This document shows, in pieces, positions 1 to 12,949 of a stretch of 64,000 bases of DNA. The notes under the pieces were generated by a model that ran no database searches, was not told the origin of the DNA, and saw only the letters and a program-made list of their open reading frames with translations. How positions within the stretch are numbered: position 1 is the stretch's first letter; each line of letters begins with the position of its first letter. The position numbers were made by a program, and so were the translations under genes. The stretch is from the NCBI RefSeq assembly GCF_009914755.1, contig NC_060926.1, one strand, 5' to 3'. The DNA is from the human T2T-CHM13v2.0 reference genome, Homo sapiens.

Positions 1-99
1 AATGTATAGTGATACCTGTACCCTGTACCCTTAATTGCTGGGAAAATCTATGAAGACGATGTAGGTGGAATTCCTCAAATTGCTTTTTTATTAAAGGTG

Positions 100-950
100 A
101 GTGTGGAAGATGGACAAGGTATGGGAATTTATATGACATAGAAAAGGAGTGTTTGAAATAGTAGAACATGGAATCTGAGCTGGAGAGAATGGGAAGTGAA
201 GATAGCAGGGCTTTAATAGATTAAGAAGGAGGATAGTTATCAATCTTGATCAAGGAAGTCCTGATGAGGTGAGAGAACACTTGAAGAGGAGGTACTTTAC
301 AAAGCAAGTTGGAAAGTTAGAAAGTTGTTGTCAGAGAGGGAAATGCTTAAATTAATAACTTCAGAGGTAGAGTCACAGCAATGACAAGTTCCACAGTGAA
401 ACTTTGAAAGAAGTGGCTACAGTAGAATAGAGGAGACAGACATTGGAGATGAGAAGGTCAAGGGACTCAGAAACAAGGAGGCTGAGTAAGTTGCCTACAT
501 GTAGGAGTCTCTGAGGAGAGGAGGACTGACTGTAGGTGTTCATTGAATAAGGAGATAGAAGGAGACAGAAACAAAGACTGTGATGGAGAGTGTTATGGTC
601 AAGTGATCTGAGTCTCATGGGGAGATACACATTTGTTCATTAACAAAAGTATGGAAATCTAGTCTGGAGCAGGAAACACTGGTGTAGTAAAGGCAATGAG
701 AAAGAGAAGAGCGCACTGACTCTACCTCTTAAAGCTGATGAATGTGAATTGTGAGTAGATGAGCAGCCTCAATCTGAGAGTTCTGCAGGAGGAGAAATCT
801 CTTAGGGACAGAAAGGCAAGTTCTAGAGAAGACATAAGATAGGTCAAGGAGACAGTAAAGACATGGGAGAACTTGCTGATCATCAGGGACTACTTTAGAA
901 GAAACAGTGGAAGGGTTTCAGATGGAGAAGAGGAGAGGCTGTGTCAGAGG
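100..950 (-). mobile_element. Highly diverged LINE (L2/CR1-like) fragment
   Basis: Long G/A-rich, C-poor tract typical of antisense L2/L3 ORF2 remnants; no diagnostic terminus recognised. Confidence 0.35.
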
Positions 951-1289
951 GGAGATCCGTCAAGGTCCAGTGCAGATCCGGTTCCCTCATGGCTGGAGCA
1001 GTTCACCAAGCTCTCCTCTAGTGCTCTGCCTTCATGGGACTCAGCATTTCTGTGTCTCTGCTTCCTTCTGCATATATTTTCATCAAGCACTTTATTCCTT
1101 CTTTATATCAAATTTGCCAGAGAGAGGATCCCCAATTGATTTCTGTCAGTCCTCATGGGCAGAGCTTTCCTGGCAGAGCACCTATCAGCCAAGGGCCCAT
1201 CCCTGATTCAGTTTTCCAGAGTAAAAGGCCACATGTACTAGCATGGTAGTTATTTGACTTGAATCTTGTTGAAGAAAACTGTAGAGAAA

Positions 1290-1955
1290 CCGGAACCCTC
1301 ATATTTTGTTGATGAAAATATAAAATAGAACAGCCACTTTGAAAAAAGAGTTCGGTCATTTCTTAAAAAGTTAAGCATATACTTATGCACCCCAATAATT
1401 CTATTCCTAGGTACCTACCTAAGAGAAATGAAAATATATGTCCCACAAAGATATGCACATGAGTGTTTGTAGTAACATTATTCACAGTATTTGAAAACTA
1501 GAAACTATTTATGTCCATCAATTGGCAAATAGATAAAATGTTATATATGCATATAATTGAATACATACAATTGAATACTACTCAGGAATAAAAAGGAACA
1601 AATGACTGATACATACTACAGCACAGATAAACCTCAAAGATATTATGATAAGTGAAAAAAGCCAGATACAAAAGACTACATCTTTTCTTATTCCATTTAT
1701 ATGAAATTTCTAGAAAACGCAAATATGTAGAGACAGAAAGCAGATCTAGGGTTGTCTAGGGCTGGGAGTGGGAGTGAAGATTCACTGCAAATGTGTAGGA
1801 GATAACGTTTTGATGGGATGAACATTTTGTAAAAGTAGATTGTGCTATTTGTTGCACAACTATATGAATTTACTAGAAATCATTGATCTGTATACTTAAA
1901 GGGGGTGAATTTTATTGTACGTGAATTATGCCTAAGTAAAGCTATTTTAAAACTT
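1290..1955 (+). mobile_element. Old L1 (L1M-type) ORF2 end and 3' UTR
   Basis: acagccactttgaaaa...attctattcctaggtacctacctaagagaaatgaaaatatatgtccc...ttccatttatatgaaatt resembles L1MB/ME 3' ends. Confidence 0.8.
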
Positions 1956-1964
1956 TTTAGAATT

Positions 1965-2790
1965 TTTTAAATGAGTAAAAGATTTGAACAATTAATCAAA
2001 TAATACATAAGGATGGCATATAAGCTCATGAAAAATGCTCAACATTGTCAGAAGTTTAAAAAATGCAAATTAAAACCATACAAACCCATTAGAATGGCTC
2101 AACTAAGAGACAGGCAATACCAAATGCTGATGGGGATTGGTAGCAACTAGAACTTTTAAACAATGCTTATAATCACTTAGGAAAAGAGTTCTGTAATTTC
2201 TTAAAAAGGTAAACGTAACATTTACTATACAAGCTAGCAATCCTATTCCTACTACATATATACCCAAGAGAAATGAAAAGGTGTATCTAAAAACTTATAC
2301 ACTAATGTTCACAGCAACTTCATTTTTGGTAGCCACAACTGGAAATAATTCAAATGTCCTGCAACAGGTGAAAGGATAAACAAATTGTGGTATATCCATG
2401 CAATGCAATACTCTCAGCAATAAAAAAAAAAGTGGGGGGAGAGAGAGCACTATGGATACAAAAACATGGATGAATCAAAAAATAATTATCCTATGTGAAA
2501 GAATCCATATTCTAAATAAATAATGTCCTAAATAAGAGTACATACACTGTGATTCCATTTATACGGACCATTGTTTGCCTGGGGATTGGGGTGGGAAGTT
2601 AATATGTGGAGGAAGATATTACAAAAGGTCACAAGGAAACTTTTGCAAGTGATGGGTGTGTTCATTCTCCTGAGTTTGGTGATGATTTCATTGGTGCATT
2701 AATATATCAAAACTCATCAAATTGTACATGTCAATATATGCATTTGTTTTGCATCAATTTTCCCTCAATGGATCTATATTTTCTTAAAAA
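1965..2790 (+). mobile_element. Second old L1 (L1ME-like) 3' fragment, in tandem with the first
   Basis: aaatgcaaattaaaacc...cccattagaatggct...cccaagagaaatgaaa...ataaacaaattgtggtatatccatgcaatg. Confidence 0.8.
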
Positions 2791-2929
2791 ACTACCCAGT
2801 GTTCCCTTTCCCTTCGGCAACTATGACAGTAGGTCACAAAGGAAAGCTGCTCTAAATGTCCTCTGTCCAAGTGTTACAACATCTAAAAACCCACCATTGA
2901 CTTTTTCACTCCCTTTGGGATCATTACTG

Positions 2930-3330
2930 TCTCTCAAGGCAAGACTCTTGGCTGCATCTTTCCATCTCAAATTGAAACCTAACTTGAACTATTTTAAATT
3001 AAAAAAGGTTTTTATTGACCAAACCAGAGACAGAGTGGGCTTGGAAATGGCTTCAGGGGTACGGTCACTTCCTGTTGGTTACGCTCTCCTCCAACTTTCC
3101 TGAGTGCTCTTCCTTTCATGGTCTCCCTCTCACACCTTCCTCTCTGGATTTTTGGAATGTTCTTGTTGGGCCTTATTCTCTCAAACTGGCCATCCACAAG
3201 AGGCCAGAGCAATGGCTTCAGTTAGCTCTAGCATACATTCATAAAGTTTGACAGCCAGGGAAGGAAGGGGGCTCTCTCCACAGCCCCAGGTCAAAAAAAA
3301 AGCCTGGGTCCCAGGCTTGCAGTCATCTAA
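2930..3330 (-). mobile_element. Diverged MaLR LTR (MLT1K/L/N-like)
   Basis: caagactcttggctgca...aacctaacttgaact...tttattgac...ggcttcagg pattern of old MLT1 LTRs. Confidence 0.45.
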
Positions 3331-3914
3331 TAAGCGGGCAAGCTCACTGGGATTAGGAGAGTCATACTGGAAACTCCACAGTGTATATATGAGTCGGGGC
3401 TGGGGAGGTAAGGGGAGAGCAAGCTAAAGTAAACAGCTGTACACAACACATTTTTTACTTCAAGATATTGCCTAGCACCAGCCTGGATCCCAAACCCTGC
3501 AAGATCCAGACACTGTTTTTGCTTCTTTATTTTGTTGTTTTTACTGGCTGTGGCATACCCCAGGCATGTGTTCCTTTCCCAGAACTGCCTGATCGAGCAG
3601 GTAACACCACCCATAGATCACCTCACCTTCTTGCCTATCTAGAACAGTCTTTTCCCAGTCTCTTTTTCTCTCCCATAAAACAGAAAACTAAGGTAATGCT
3701 CATCCTTCCCAGCTTGCTACAAAATAGTGGTTGTGATTTTTTTCTTTATCTCTTTACCCTGTTTATTTGACAAATAGATTTCTCATCCTCTGTCCATCAG
3801 ATGAAGCCAAGGATGTTTGCATCCAAAATGACTCAGGAAGGAAGTGGGTCTTGGCAGAAGCTGCATGCTTTTTTGTCTTAGGAACAGGCTCCCTCACCCA
3901 CAGAGAACAAGGTC

Positions 3915-3959
3915 AGTTCAGTCTATTCCTGTGGGTAGTTCAGTCTATTCCTGTGGGTA
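3915..3959. repeat. Perfect 22-bp tandem duplication
   Basis: agttcagtctattcctgtgggt x2 (3915-3936, 3937-3958). Confidence 0.97.
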
Positions 3960-4299
3960 AAGAGCTAGTCAACGAATAGTGATTGAATGTACCCAAGCTG
4001 CATTGACCAATAACAGTAAAAATGATGCAATCTAGTAGTATTGTATTCCTAACACACGCTGTGTTAGGAATGGGGAACTTTTTAGGATCATGCAAAAGTA
4101 CAATGATTCTTCATTTTGCAAATGTCAAAACATCTACATTTCAAATTCTATTTGGTTTGGACAAAAGTCAAGTTGAAAGTTGCTGTTTATTATTATTACT
4201 TATTGTGTTCCCCATTACCATTAGAAGCACAAAAACTCCAACTGTAATCTTTTTTGTATTTTGTTTATATGTTTGTTTACCTCCGAAAACAGTCATATC

Positions 4300-4492
4300 A
4301 GAAAGATGGCAACAATGGACACTGGAGACTACTAGTTGGGGAAGAAGGGGGGGAAGAAGGGTTGAAAAACTAACTGTTGGGTCCTATGCTCACTACCTGA
4401 GTGACAGGATCTTTCATGTTCCAAACCTCAGCATCACGCAATGTACCCATGTAACAAACTTGCACATGTGCCCCTGAATCTAAAATAAAATT
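4300..4492 (+). mobile_element. L1PB/late L1PA 3' terminal fragment
   Basis: gacactggagactactag...gggttgaaaaactaactgttgggt...ccaaacctcagcatcacgcaatgtacccatgtaacaaacttgcacatgtgcccctgaatctaaaataaaa. Confidence 0.9.
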
Positions 4493-4781
4493 TTTCAAAT
4501 TTTATTTTTAAAGTTATAAAACTGAAAGTCATTCCTGCTCCTGTCCAACTCACCACTTCCAAAAGAACATTCTTTGTGAATTGTGTTTTAGTATTTCTGA
4601 ATTCACTTCAAAGAGTCTGGCTAATATTCGAAAGGTTTTTTCCAAAGTCTTAAGACATTACCACATGCACAATCTTGATCTTCCCATAAGCATTACCATT
4701 GCAGGCCAATTGGGAATTCTATCAGAAGAATGCAAGTTGCTCTTGTTCTGAACCAAATCTACTGACATTTCTCGAAAACAT

Positions 4782-4782
4782 C

Positions 4783-4826
<44 letters not shown>
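4782..4826. repeat. (CA)n microsatellite
   Basis: About 22 CA units, one cg interruption. Confidence 0.98.
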
Positions 4827-4828
<2 letters not shown>

Positions 4829-5099
4829 TCCTGACATAGCTACATAATTTCTAAACCATGCAGCATTGAAAAGTTAATTGCACAATTTAGCTTTTAAATT
4901 TTTAAGGCTATCTAAAATAAACCACAGTGTCCCAAAGGAGTCAATGGGTGTCATCCACAAATGTAATACATCTCCAAGACAGTAATACATCTTTTCCCAA
5001 ATCAGAGAATGAAGCCAGCAAAAGCCTGGATTGTTTATTTGTTGTTGCTGTTATCATCACTGTTACCAGAAGAAATTATGTTTTTTAAATGTTTACACG

Positions 5100-5850
5100 T
5101 CTTTCTTTTCATCAGTCATCTAACAGATAGTGCTGAAAATATGAAAAGGAAAGCAACAATCCCCTTGTTCAGTCCCCACACTTCCCAACTTCTCAGTTCG
5201 ACTCACCAGAGGCAACTACCATTTAGCCTCTTAGCTATTTCATCAGATAGCTATGTTTTACTCCCCAAATAATACATGTATACTGCTACTACTCAATTTG
5301 TTGACTTTAGACATTAACTTCCTCTTACGATAAACCAGGATTTAGTTCTTTGAAGCCATTTTCCCAGTAGAATTATTCAGCTGTTTTCAGTTACATAGTT
5401 ACGACTATGTAAATATTCTTCCTTTTTTCCAAAAGTGCCATAATATCTTCTACCTGCATATCTTGTTTTTGCTTTGTTTGCTCTTGTTTTCCCAAGGGAC
5501 CTCTCTTATCAGATAGTTCTTTTCCTGGTGGCTCCCTCTGTCCCAACTCTTTTCTGGACCAGTTGTTCCCTAGGACAGCTGTTCCACTGTCACCCTGAGG
5601 CATCTCCTTCCTGTGCTCAAGACGTTGATCTGCTGCCTTCTGGATCCCGTGTCTCCCCCTCCCTTGGTTTGGTAATTATTTTCATTGGAACCTACCCAGC
5701 TTCTCAAGAAAGGGATATAGAAAGCAAATTTTCTGAGTCCCAACATGTCAGAAAGTATCCTTTTCTGCTGTCACACTTGATTAATAATTTGGCTGAATAT
5801 GACATTCCAAGTTGAAGATCATGTTCTCTTAGATTTTTGAAGTCATTCCC
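5100..5850 (-). mobile_element. Very old L1ME/HAL1-like fragment
   Basis: aaattttctgagtcc...cacacttgattaataatttggctgaatat...ttccaagttgaagatc resembles antisense L1ME 5' region. Confidence 0.5.
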
Positions 5851-5852
5851 TC

Positions 5853-6129
5853 TTTTTTTTCTTTTTTTTTTTGAGGTACAGTGCTGCAATCTTGGCTCAA
5901 TGCAACCTCCGCCTCCAGAGTTCAAGTGATTCTTCTGCCTCAGCCTCCCGAGTAGCTGGGATTACAGGTGTGCCACCATGCCCAGCTAATTTTTTTTTTG
6001 TTGTTGTTGTTGGTAGAGACAGGGTTTTGTCATGTTGATCAGCCTGGTCTCAAACTCCTGCCCTCAAGTGATCTGTCCACCTTGGCCTCTCAAGGTGCTG
6101 GGATTATAGGCATGAGCCACCGCCCTGCC
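5853..6129 (-). mobile_element. Alu (AluS/Jb-like) with a ~30-bp deletion next to the tail
   Basis: poly(T), then gcaacctccgcctcc...cctcagcctcccgagtagctgggattacagg...gctgggattataggcatgagccacc. Confidence 0.97.
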
Positions 6130-6184
6130 TGCTGCTTCTTTATTAAATAATATCCAGTGATGTTGAAGAGAAGTTTAATTTGAA

Positions 6185-7309
<1,125 letters not shown>

Positions 7310-7679
7310 TAGAAAAAAATGGCAATATATGTGATAAGTCTGTGTCACATGTGGTCATGGTATTCTCTGCAATTTTTTATGTTTCACTTTTCACAAAAGA
7401 AAAAAAAAAAACTTGGTATGAGAAAGCTAACCAGAGCTCTGCATTTGTGACTAAGGCATGTGAACTGGCAGCTTTGCTGTTGGATGACCAGGCAGAGGTC
7501 AGTGCAGAAAGACCGCCATCTTTCCATCTGCAGACATTCAGCTTTCAGCCCTGCAGCTCTTGTGAGCCCCAAGCCTGTCCCTTTCAGCATGTCTTGAGTA
7601 GGGACAGATACAGTTTTGTGGAACCTGATGCTTTTACAATGAGAGATCATTTTAGATGAAAGAGCACAAAATCATGAAT

Positions 7680-8345
7680 CTGAATTCAGAATTTATTTAC
7701 AATGGGAAAATAAGTTACAACCAATAGCACATTTAGCAAAGCCGACAAATTCCTCAAATGTCACAAAATCTAGGAAAATGACACTTTTTATTCACTCTAT
7801 CGTGCTTTTTATGCTTTTTGGTTTTTGTTTTGTTTTGTTTTGTTTTTTGCTACAGACTCTTTGTCTCTTTATATTACAATCTTATAATATCATTTACTTT
7901 ACAGAGGCCAGGAAAATAATTCAGTTTTTCCTCTAGCTTTATTAGATTTTTTTAACGTATTGGTAGTTTAGAGGTTTTTTACAGTTTCACAACTCATTGG
8001 TAATGTCATGTAAATTAGGATTGCTGCCAAATTTGGAGAGCCCTCTATTACATTTCTTCCATTATTAACAGAAAGATTTCTGGGCATTTCAAGGTGCCTT
8101 GTGTAATGACTAGTCTTAAAGAATCTTTAAATTGATGACATTCATTAACCAGCTTGTCATCAGTGTCTTCATCGTGGTGGCATATTGGGAGTTTTATGTT
8201 ATCTTTATAATATCAATATTTCATGTAAAACAGCAAGAAATTAAATTTTTTTATTATGTTCATATGATTCTCACTTCTTCATTAATTGAATTGCCAAATT
8301 ATCCAAAAGCCTACTCATTGTTTCTATTCAAAAATGTTCTTTTTC
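7680..8345 (-). mobile_element. hAT-Tip100 DNA transposon (Arthur1/MER69-like), distal part
   Basis: AT-rich degenerate transposase-like sequence that appears to continue the 9180-10211 segment across an L1 insertion. Confidence 0.55.
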
Positions 8346-8347
8346 AG

Positions 8348-9178
8348 TATCTGCACTTCCATGTTTATTACACCATTATTATTGCAGCACACAGCCAAGA
8401 TATGAAAACAACCTAAGTTCCATCAATGGATAAAAATAGATAAAGAAAATGTGTTATATTTGCACAATGGACTATTATTCAGCCATGAAAGGAAGGAAAT
8501 CTTGTCATTTGCTGCAACATGAATGAAACTGGAAATCATTGTGTGAAGTGAGAGAAGGCAAACACAGAAATATTACAGGTTTTCACTCATATGCGGGAGC
8601 TTAAAAAGTGATTTCATGGAGGTAGACAGTAGAGTGGTGATTACCAGAAGACAGGAAAGGTATCAGGAGAGGTAAGAGAGGTTGGTTAATGGCTACAAAA
8701 ATATAGTTAGATAGAAGAAAAAAGTTCTAGTGTTCAATAGCACTGTAGGGTAATGTTATTGTATATTTCAAAATAGCTCAAGAGAAGGTTAGAAGGAGAT
8801 CAAGACCATCCTGGCTAACATGGTGAAACCCTGTCTCTACTAAAACTACAAAAAATTAGCCGGGCGCGGTGGCGGGCGCCTGTAATCCCAGCTACTCGGG
8901 AGGCTGAGGCAGGAGAATGGCGTGAACCCAGGAGGTGGAGCTTGCAGTGAGCCCAGATAGCGGCTCTGCAGTCCGGCCTGGGCGAAAGAGCGAGACTCCG
9001 TCTCAAAAAAGAAAATAAAAGGTTAGAAATGTCCCCAGCACAAGGAAATGATAAATGTTTGAGGTTATGAATATCCTAATTACCTTGATCACTACACATT
9101 TATGAAAGTAGCAAACTATTACAGGTATCCCACAAATATGTACAATTACTATGCACCAATTTAAAATAACAAAAATAC
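8348..9178 (+). mobile_element. L1MA 3' end, interrupted by an AluY
   Basis: tatctgcacttccatgtttatt...ggaaatcttgtcatttgc...gagaggttggttaatgg...aagttctagtgttcaatagcactgtaggg...cccacaaatatgtacaatt. Confidence 0.92.
8795..9020 (+). mobile_element. 5'-truncated AluY with TSD aaggttagaa
   Basis: AluY diagnostics gaccatcctggctaac and atggcgtgaaccc...gagcttgcagtgagc; many CpGs retained; TSD 8785-8794 and 9019-9028. Confidence 0.97.
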
Positions 9179-9179
9179 A

Positions 9180-10211
9180 TTTTTCTTTTTCTTAATAAAT
9201 TATTGTTTTAATATGCCCCCAAGATTATTTGAGTTGCTTTTTTACCTTAAGATAATTTCTACCAATTTTAATTGTCATTATCACTTTTGTTTCATATTCC
9301 TGTAAGTTTTTACCTGAATTTTCTCTCAGTTTCTAAATAAATACTCATACTACATATTTCATCTTATTCTTGAATACATGTATGTATGAGTTTTGACACT
9401 AGAACACTTGTTCTAGGCCATTTTGCCTTGAAGGCAATCTGATCCATTGGGAGATATAAATCATGTGAATTTACATATATACTTATTAGCTGTATATGTG
9501 TTTGTGTTCCCCATAAACAGGAATTTTGATTTATTCTATTTGGTACAATTCTCATAAAAACATATATGATGCATTTGTAATTGTACACGCTGTATCATCA
9601 AGTATGTTTCCGACAAGAGAGAATTTCCATTTTGAGCAGACATTGATGGGAACCAAATTCTCTGTTTACTAATTATAAATCTGATGATTGGAAAATTTTT
9701 CTATAGATGAGCTTGTTTATCTTTCATTATCTACATATTCCCCAAGCTGGGCACCATGGGATACATTCACACCACTGTATAATTTTTTACCCTGCACCTT
9801 TGGGCCACAATGGATGATACTTGGTACAATAGGTAGTCCCTTTTGCACTGGGATGGTGAGCAACACTTTATACTTGGAAGTGACTACAAACCACACAAAT
9901 GTATCCTGGTAAACCCAAATTAAATGTATCTCCAATTCAACTCTCCCATAGACATATCCCAAAAATGCCCATAGCCATGTAAAGCTGTTTGAAATGGGAG
10001 GGAGTATGATGGAGAGGAACTTGAATTGGAAGGAAATAGCAGTCTTAGATAATTGTGGTTAAGGTATTTTACCTTTACAAAGTTTATAAAAATATTTGCC
10101 ATGTGAGCACGTTTTTAGGGCTCTTTCAGGCCTGCTGTCTTAGAAGGGGCCCATACAGATGAAGGACTTTGAGGTTTAAGCTTGATTACCTGCTCAGTAA
10201 GTCTCCCTCTG
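9180..10211 (-). mobile_element. hAT-Tip100 DNA transposon (Arthur1-like), terminal part
   Basis: Ends gaaggactttgaggtttaagcttgattacctgctcagtaagtctccctctg, resembling the reverse complement of the recalled Arthur1 terminus CAGAGGCGGATTTACCGTGAAGCTAATGAAGCTTAAGCTTCAGGGCCCC; followed by hAT-like target ctctagag. Confidence 0.7.
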
Positions 10212-11874
10212 CTCTAGAGAATGAAGCTCTGGTCTCCTCCTTCTTGGAGAGGGTGCGAATGTGCAGGAATCAGGCATTTGTCTGAGGCTCTGTGCAGAGG
10301 GGTTGGTGGTGGAGGTGACAGTGTTCTAAGATAGTCTTTAATTTAGCTCCCATTTTCACCATTTGTTGACTGACTTCCACCTCTGGTTTCTCCAGGTTTT
10401 GAGCTTCCCACCAGTTCTGCTGTGCGAATTTGTTCTTTTCATCCAGACTTATTTTCTATAAGCACCATAAATCATGGCTTCATCCCCATGCTCAGTCAGT
10501 TATCAGGCCTCCATCTGCTCTCTGACTACTTTCTCACATATGCCCTAGGGGCCTTGGCAGGTCACAGGCTTGTGTAATAGGACCTGTGATCCTAGGCTCA
10601 CCAAGCAGAATTGTTGATACCTTAGTCCTTGGAGTCAGCCTTTTTGTTCTATTATATATCATGGATTAGCTTAGTGTATGTTAGCTAGAGGAATAAAATA
10701 GTAATATGTATGTAGCCTCGCAAAGATTAAACCCATTCCCATTGCAAAGCAAATTAAAAACAAAAACCCATATTCACTAATGTTACATATTCCTTTCTCT
10801 TTGTTCTGATGGGTTTTATGCGTTTCTTATTTCTTCTTATTTTGGAAAGGTGCTGGAAAGAAGAAATTGTCTTCATTGGAATCATCTCTTCTATGAGTTC
10901 AAATAATGTTTTTTTAAGTCTCCAAAGCCATGTTTTCTCGTTTGCTCGGATCAAGAGAGAATTAATGCTAAATGCTTGTAAGAGTCAGTCTTACCCAGTA
11001 GAAACTTCTGCTTAAAAGTCCAAGTCCCCATGGGAAATTTGTTGGCTCTCAACTCTGGAGAGGCTTTCATTCAGTGTTCAGACATGTTCTCCTATGGCCA
11101 GATCTATGTTACTCTGCAGCCCACGTTCTGTCATGGTTTATTCTCCTACTACATACGCTTTTCTACAAATTGCCTATGGCACACACGGCTGGTCCTGACC
11201 ACAAAATGGAACCTAAGAGAACTTTATCTCTCAGAACTGGGTTCCCAAGCCTTAAGGAAAACCAGGAGCTAAGTTTCTGCTAAGCAATTAGTCATGAGTT
11301 AGATATCCAGCTTTTGGTAAGCACAATACTGAGAAGAAAGGGGGAGGTCATTTAGAAATTCAGAACCTGTACTGAATTGTCTCTCCCCTCCAAGATTCTT
11401 GGCTTTATCACTGAAAACTGAAAAGAAGCAGTGTTTGTTTATTCTTTGTGTTTACTGAACACTGTTGAGACTCTTGTCACATTTCTTAGCCACTATAAAA
11501 AGTATCAACCTCTCAATGTGCTTCTAAAAATCTGAGGATCCAATCAATTATTTGCCTACCTGGAATTTGTTTTCATGTTATTACTAGTCTGCAGGGTAAA
11601 CCAAATAGCACAAAGTTTCATCTCTTCTGCCCAAGTATCGTCACTTTGAATCAACTGCCTTTGTAAACTGTATAGTGTTTGCCCTGGTGTATACATTTGA
11701 TTTTTCAGAAACTGAAAAAACTAATAATAAAAATTTTGACTCCATGAATTCCTTCTTATTCAGAAACGGTGTAAAATTTGTTTTGGTATGAATTTGGGCA
11801 TGGTCTTATCATCTCTGATGATTTACAGTAACACCATTTTCTGTAGAATTGTTATTTAAATAAAGGTTACTTGT

Positions 11875-12178
11875 GCTGGGCATAGTAAATAGCCCACAAC
11901 CATAGTCCCAGCTACTTGGGCAGCTGAGGCAGGAGAATCACTTGAGCCCAGGAGTTCTAGGCTGTAGTACGCTATGCCAATCGGGAGTCTACACTAAGTT
12001 CAGCATCAATACTGTGATCTCTCAAGAGCAGGGGACCACTATGTTGCCTAAGAAGGGGTCAACTGGCCCAAGTTGGAAATGGAGCAGGTCAAAGCCTGCA
12101 TGCTGATGAGTAGTGGGATTGTACCTGTAAAAAAAACACTGTACTCTAGCATGGGCAACATAGCAAGACCCTGTCTCT
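11875..12178 (+). pseudogene. RN7SL: Full-length 7SL (SRP) RNA processed pseudogene
   Basis: Alu-domain ends plus the S-domain that Alu lacks: gagttctaggctgtagtacgctatgccaatcgggagtctacactaagttcagcatcaat...ggggaccact...ttgcctaag...gttggaaatggagcaggtcaaa...gctgatgagtagtgggat; ~300 nt, CpGs decayed; the specific RN7SL pseudogene number is unknown. Confidence 0.96.
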
Positions 12179-12235
12179 TAGCAAGAAACAATTACTTTTA
12201 TCACTTTTATTTAAGTCCATAATTATAAAACTGTC

Positions 12236-12420
12236 TTGATTCATTCATTCAACAAACATTTTTTAAAGCCTCGTATGTGCCAGACATTGAGTTGTAATCT
12301 CCATAAGCTCAGTGACTTCGTTTGTTTCATACACTATTGGATTTCTAGCACCATGAACAGTACCAAGACCAAAGAAAGCCCTCAAGACTTAACTGTTGCT
12401 GTTGAATGGGTAACTGAATA
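12236..12420. mobile_element. L2 3'-end fragments in both orientations
   Basis: ttcattcattcaacaaacatt...tatgtgccagacattg (minus), then ctccataag...ctgttgaatg (plus). Confidence 0.65.
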
Positions 12421-12491
12421 GGTCATAACTAATTAGGGGGCTTAAATAAGTATAGTAACATATAAGAGAACATGAACAGAGGTATGCTTAG

Positions 12492-12948
12492 TGCATTCAT
12501 TTCTTATTGCTGCTATAACAAATCACCACAAATTTGTTGCTCAAAACAACACAAACTTATTATCTTATAGTTCTGGAGGGCAGAAGTCCTAAAATCAAAG
12601 TGTTGGCAGGGCTATGGTCCTTCTAGAGGGTCTAGGGGAACATCCTTTCCTTGCCTTTTTCAGCTTCTACAGGCCACTGCCCTGCCCTGCTTGTGGTCCT
12701 TCCTCCATCTTCAAGCTCAGCACTCATTCACACTTGTGTGTACTCTCTCTTTCCCCCACCTCCTCTGCTTCTTCGGTCCCATCTCCTTCTGACCCTCCTG
12801 CTTCCCTCTTATAAAGACTCCATGTGTTTATATTGGGTATGCCAGATAATTCAAGATAAGACCCTTTCACCATATGAGATAATACATTCACAATTTCTGG
12901 AGATTAGCATGTGGACATCTTTTGGGGGGCATCATTCTGTCTAGCACA
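12492..12948 (-). mobile_element. MaLR solo LTR (MLT1C/D)
   Basis: attgctgctataacaaatcaccacaaatt...ttatcttatagttctggagggcagaagtcc...gtggacatcttttggggggcatcattctgtctagcaca. Confidence 0.9.
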
Positions 12949-12949
12949 C

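Noticed and set aside
2606-3103. 165-aa ORF (similarly 4022-4477 and 47457-47960)
   Set aside because: Spans repeat boundaries or lacks any recognisable domain; length expected by chance in 64 kb with alternative starts
10754-10954. Lys/Arg-rich minus-strand ORF
   Set aside because: Short, non-ATG start, no recognisable family; composition follows from A-richness
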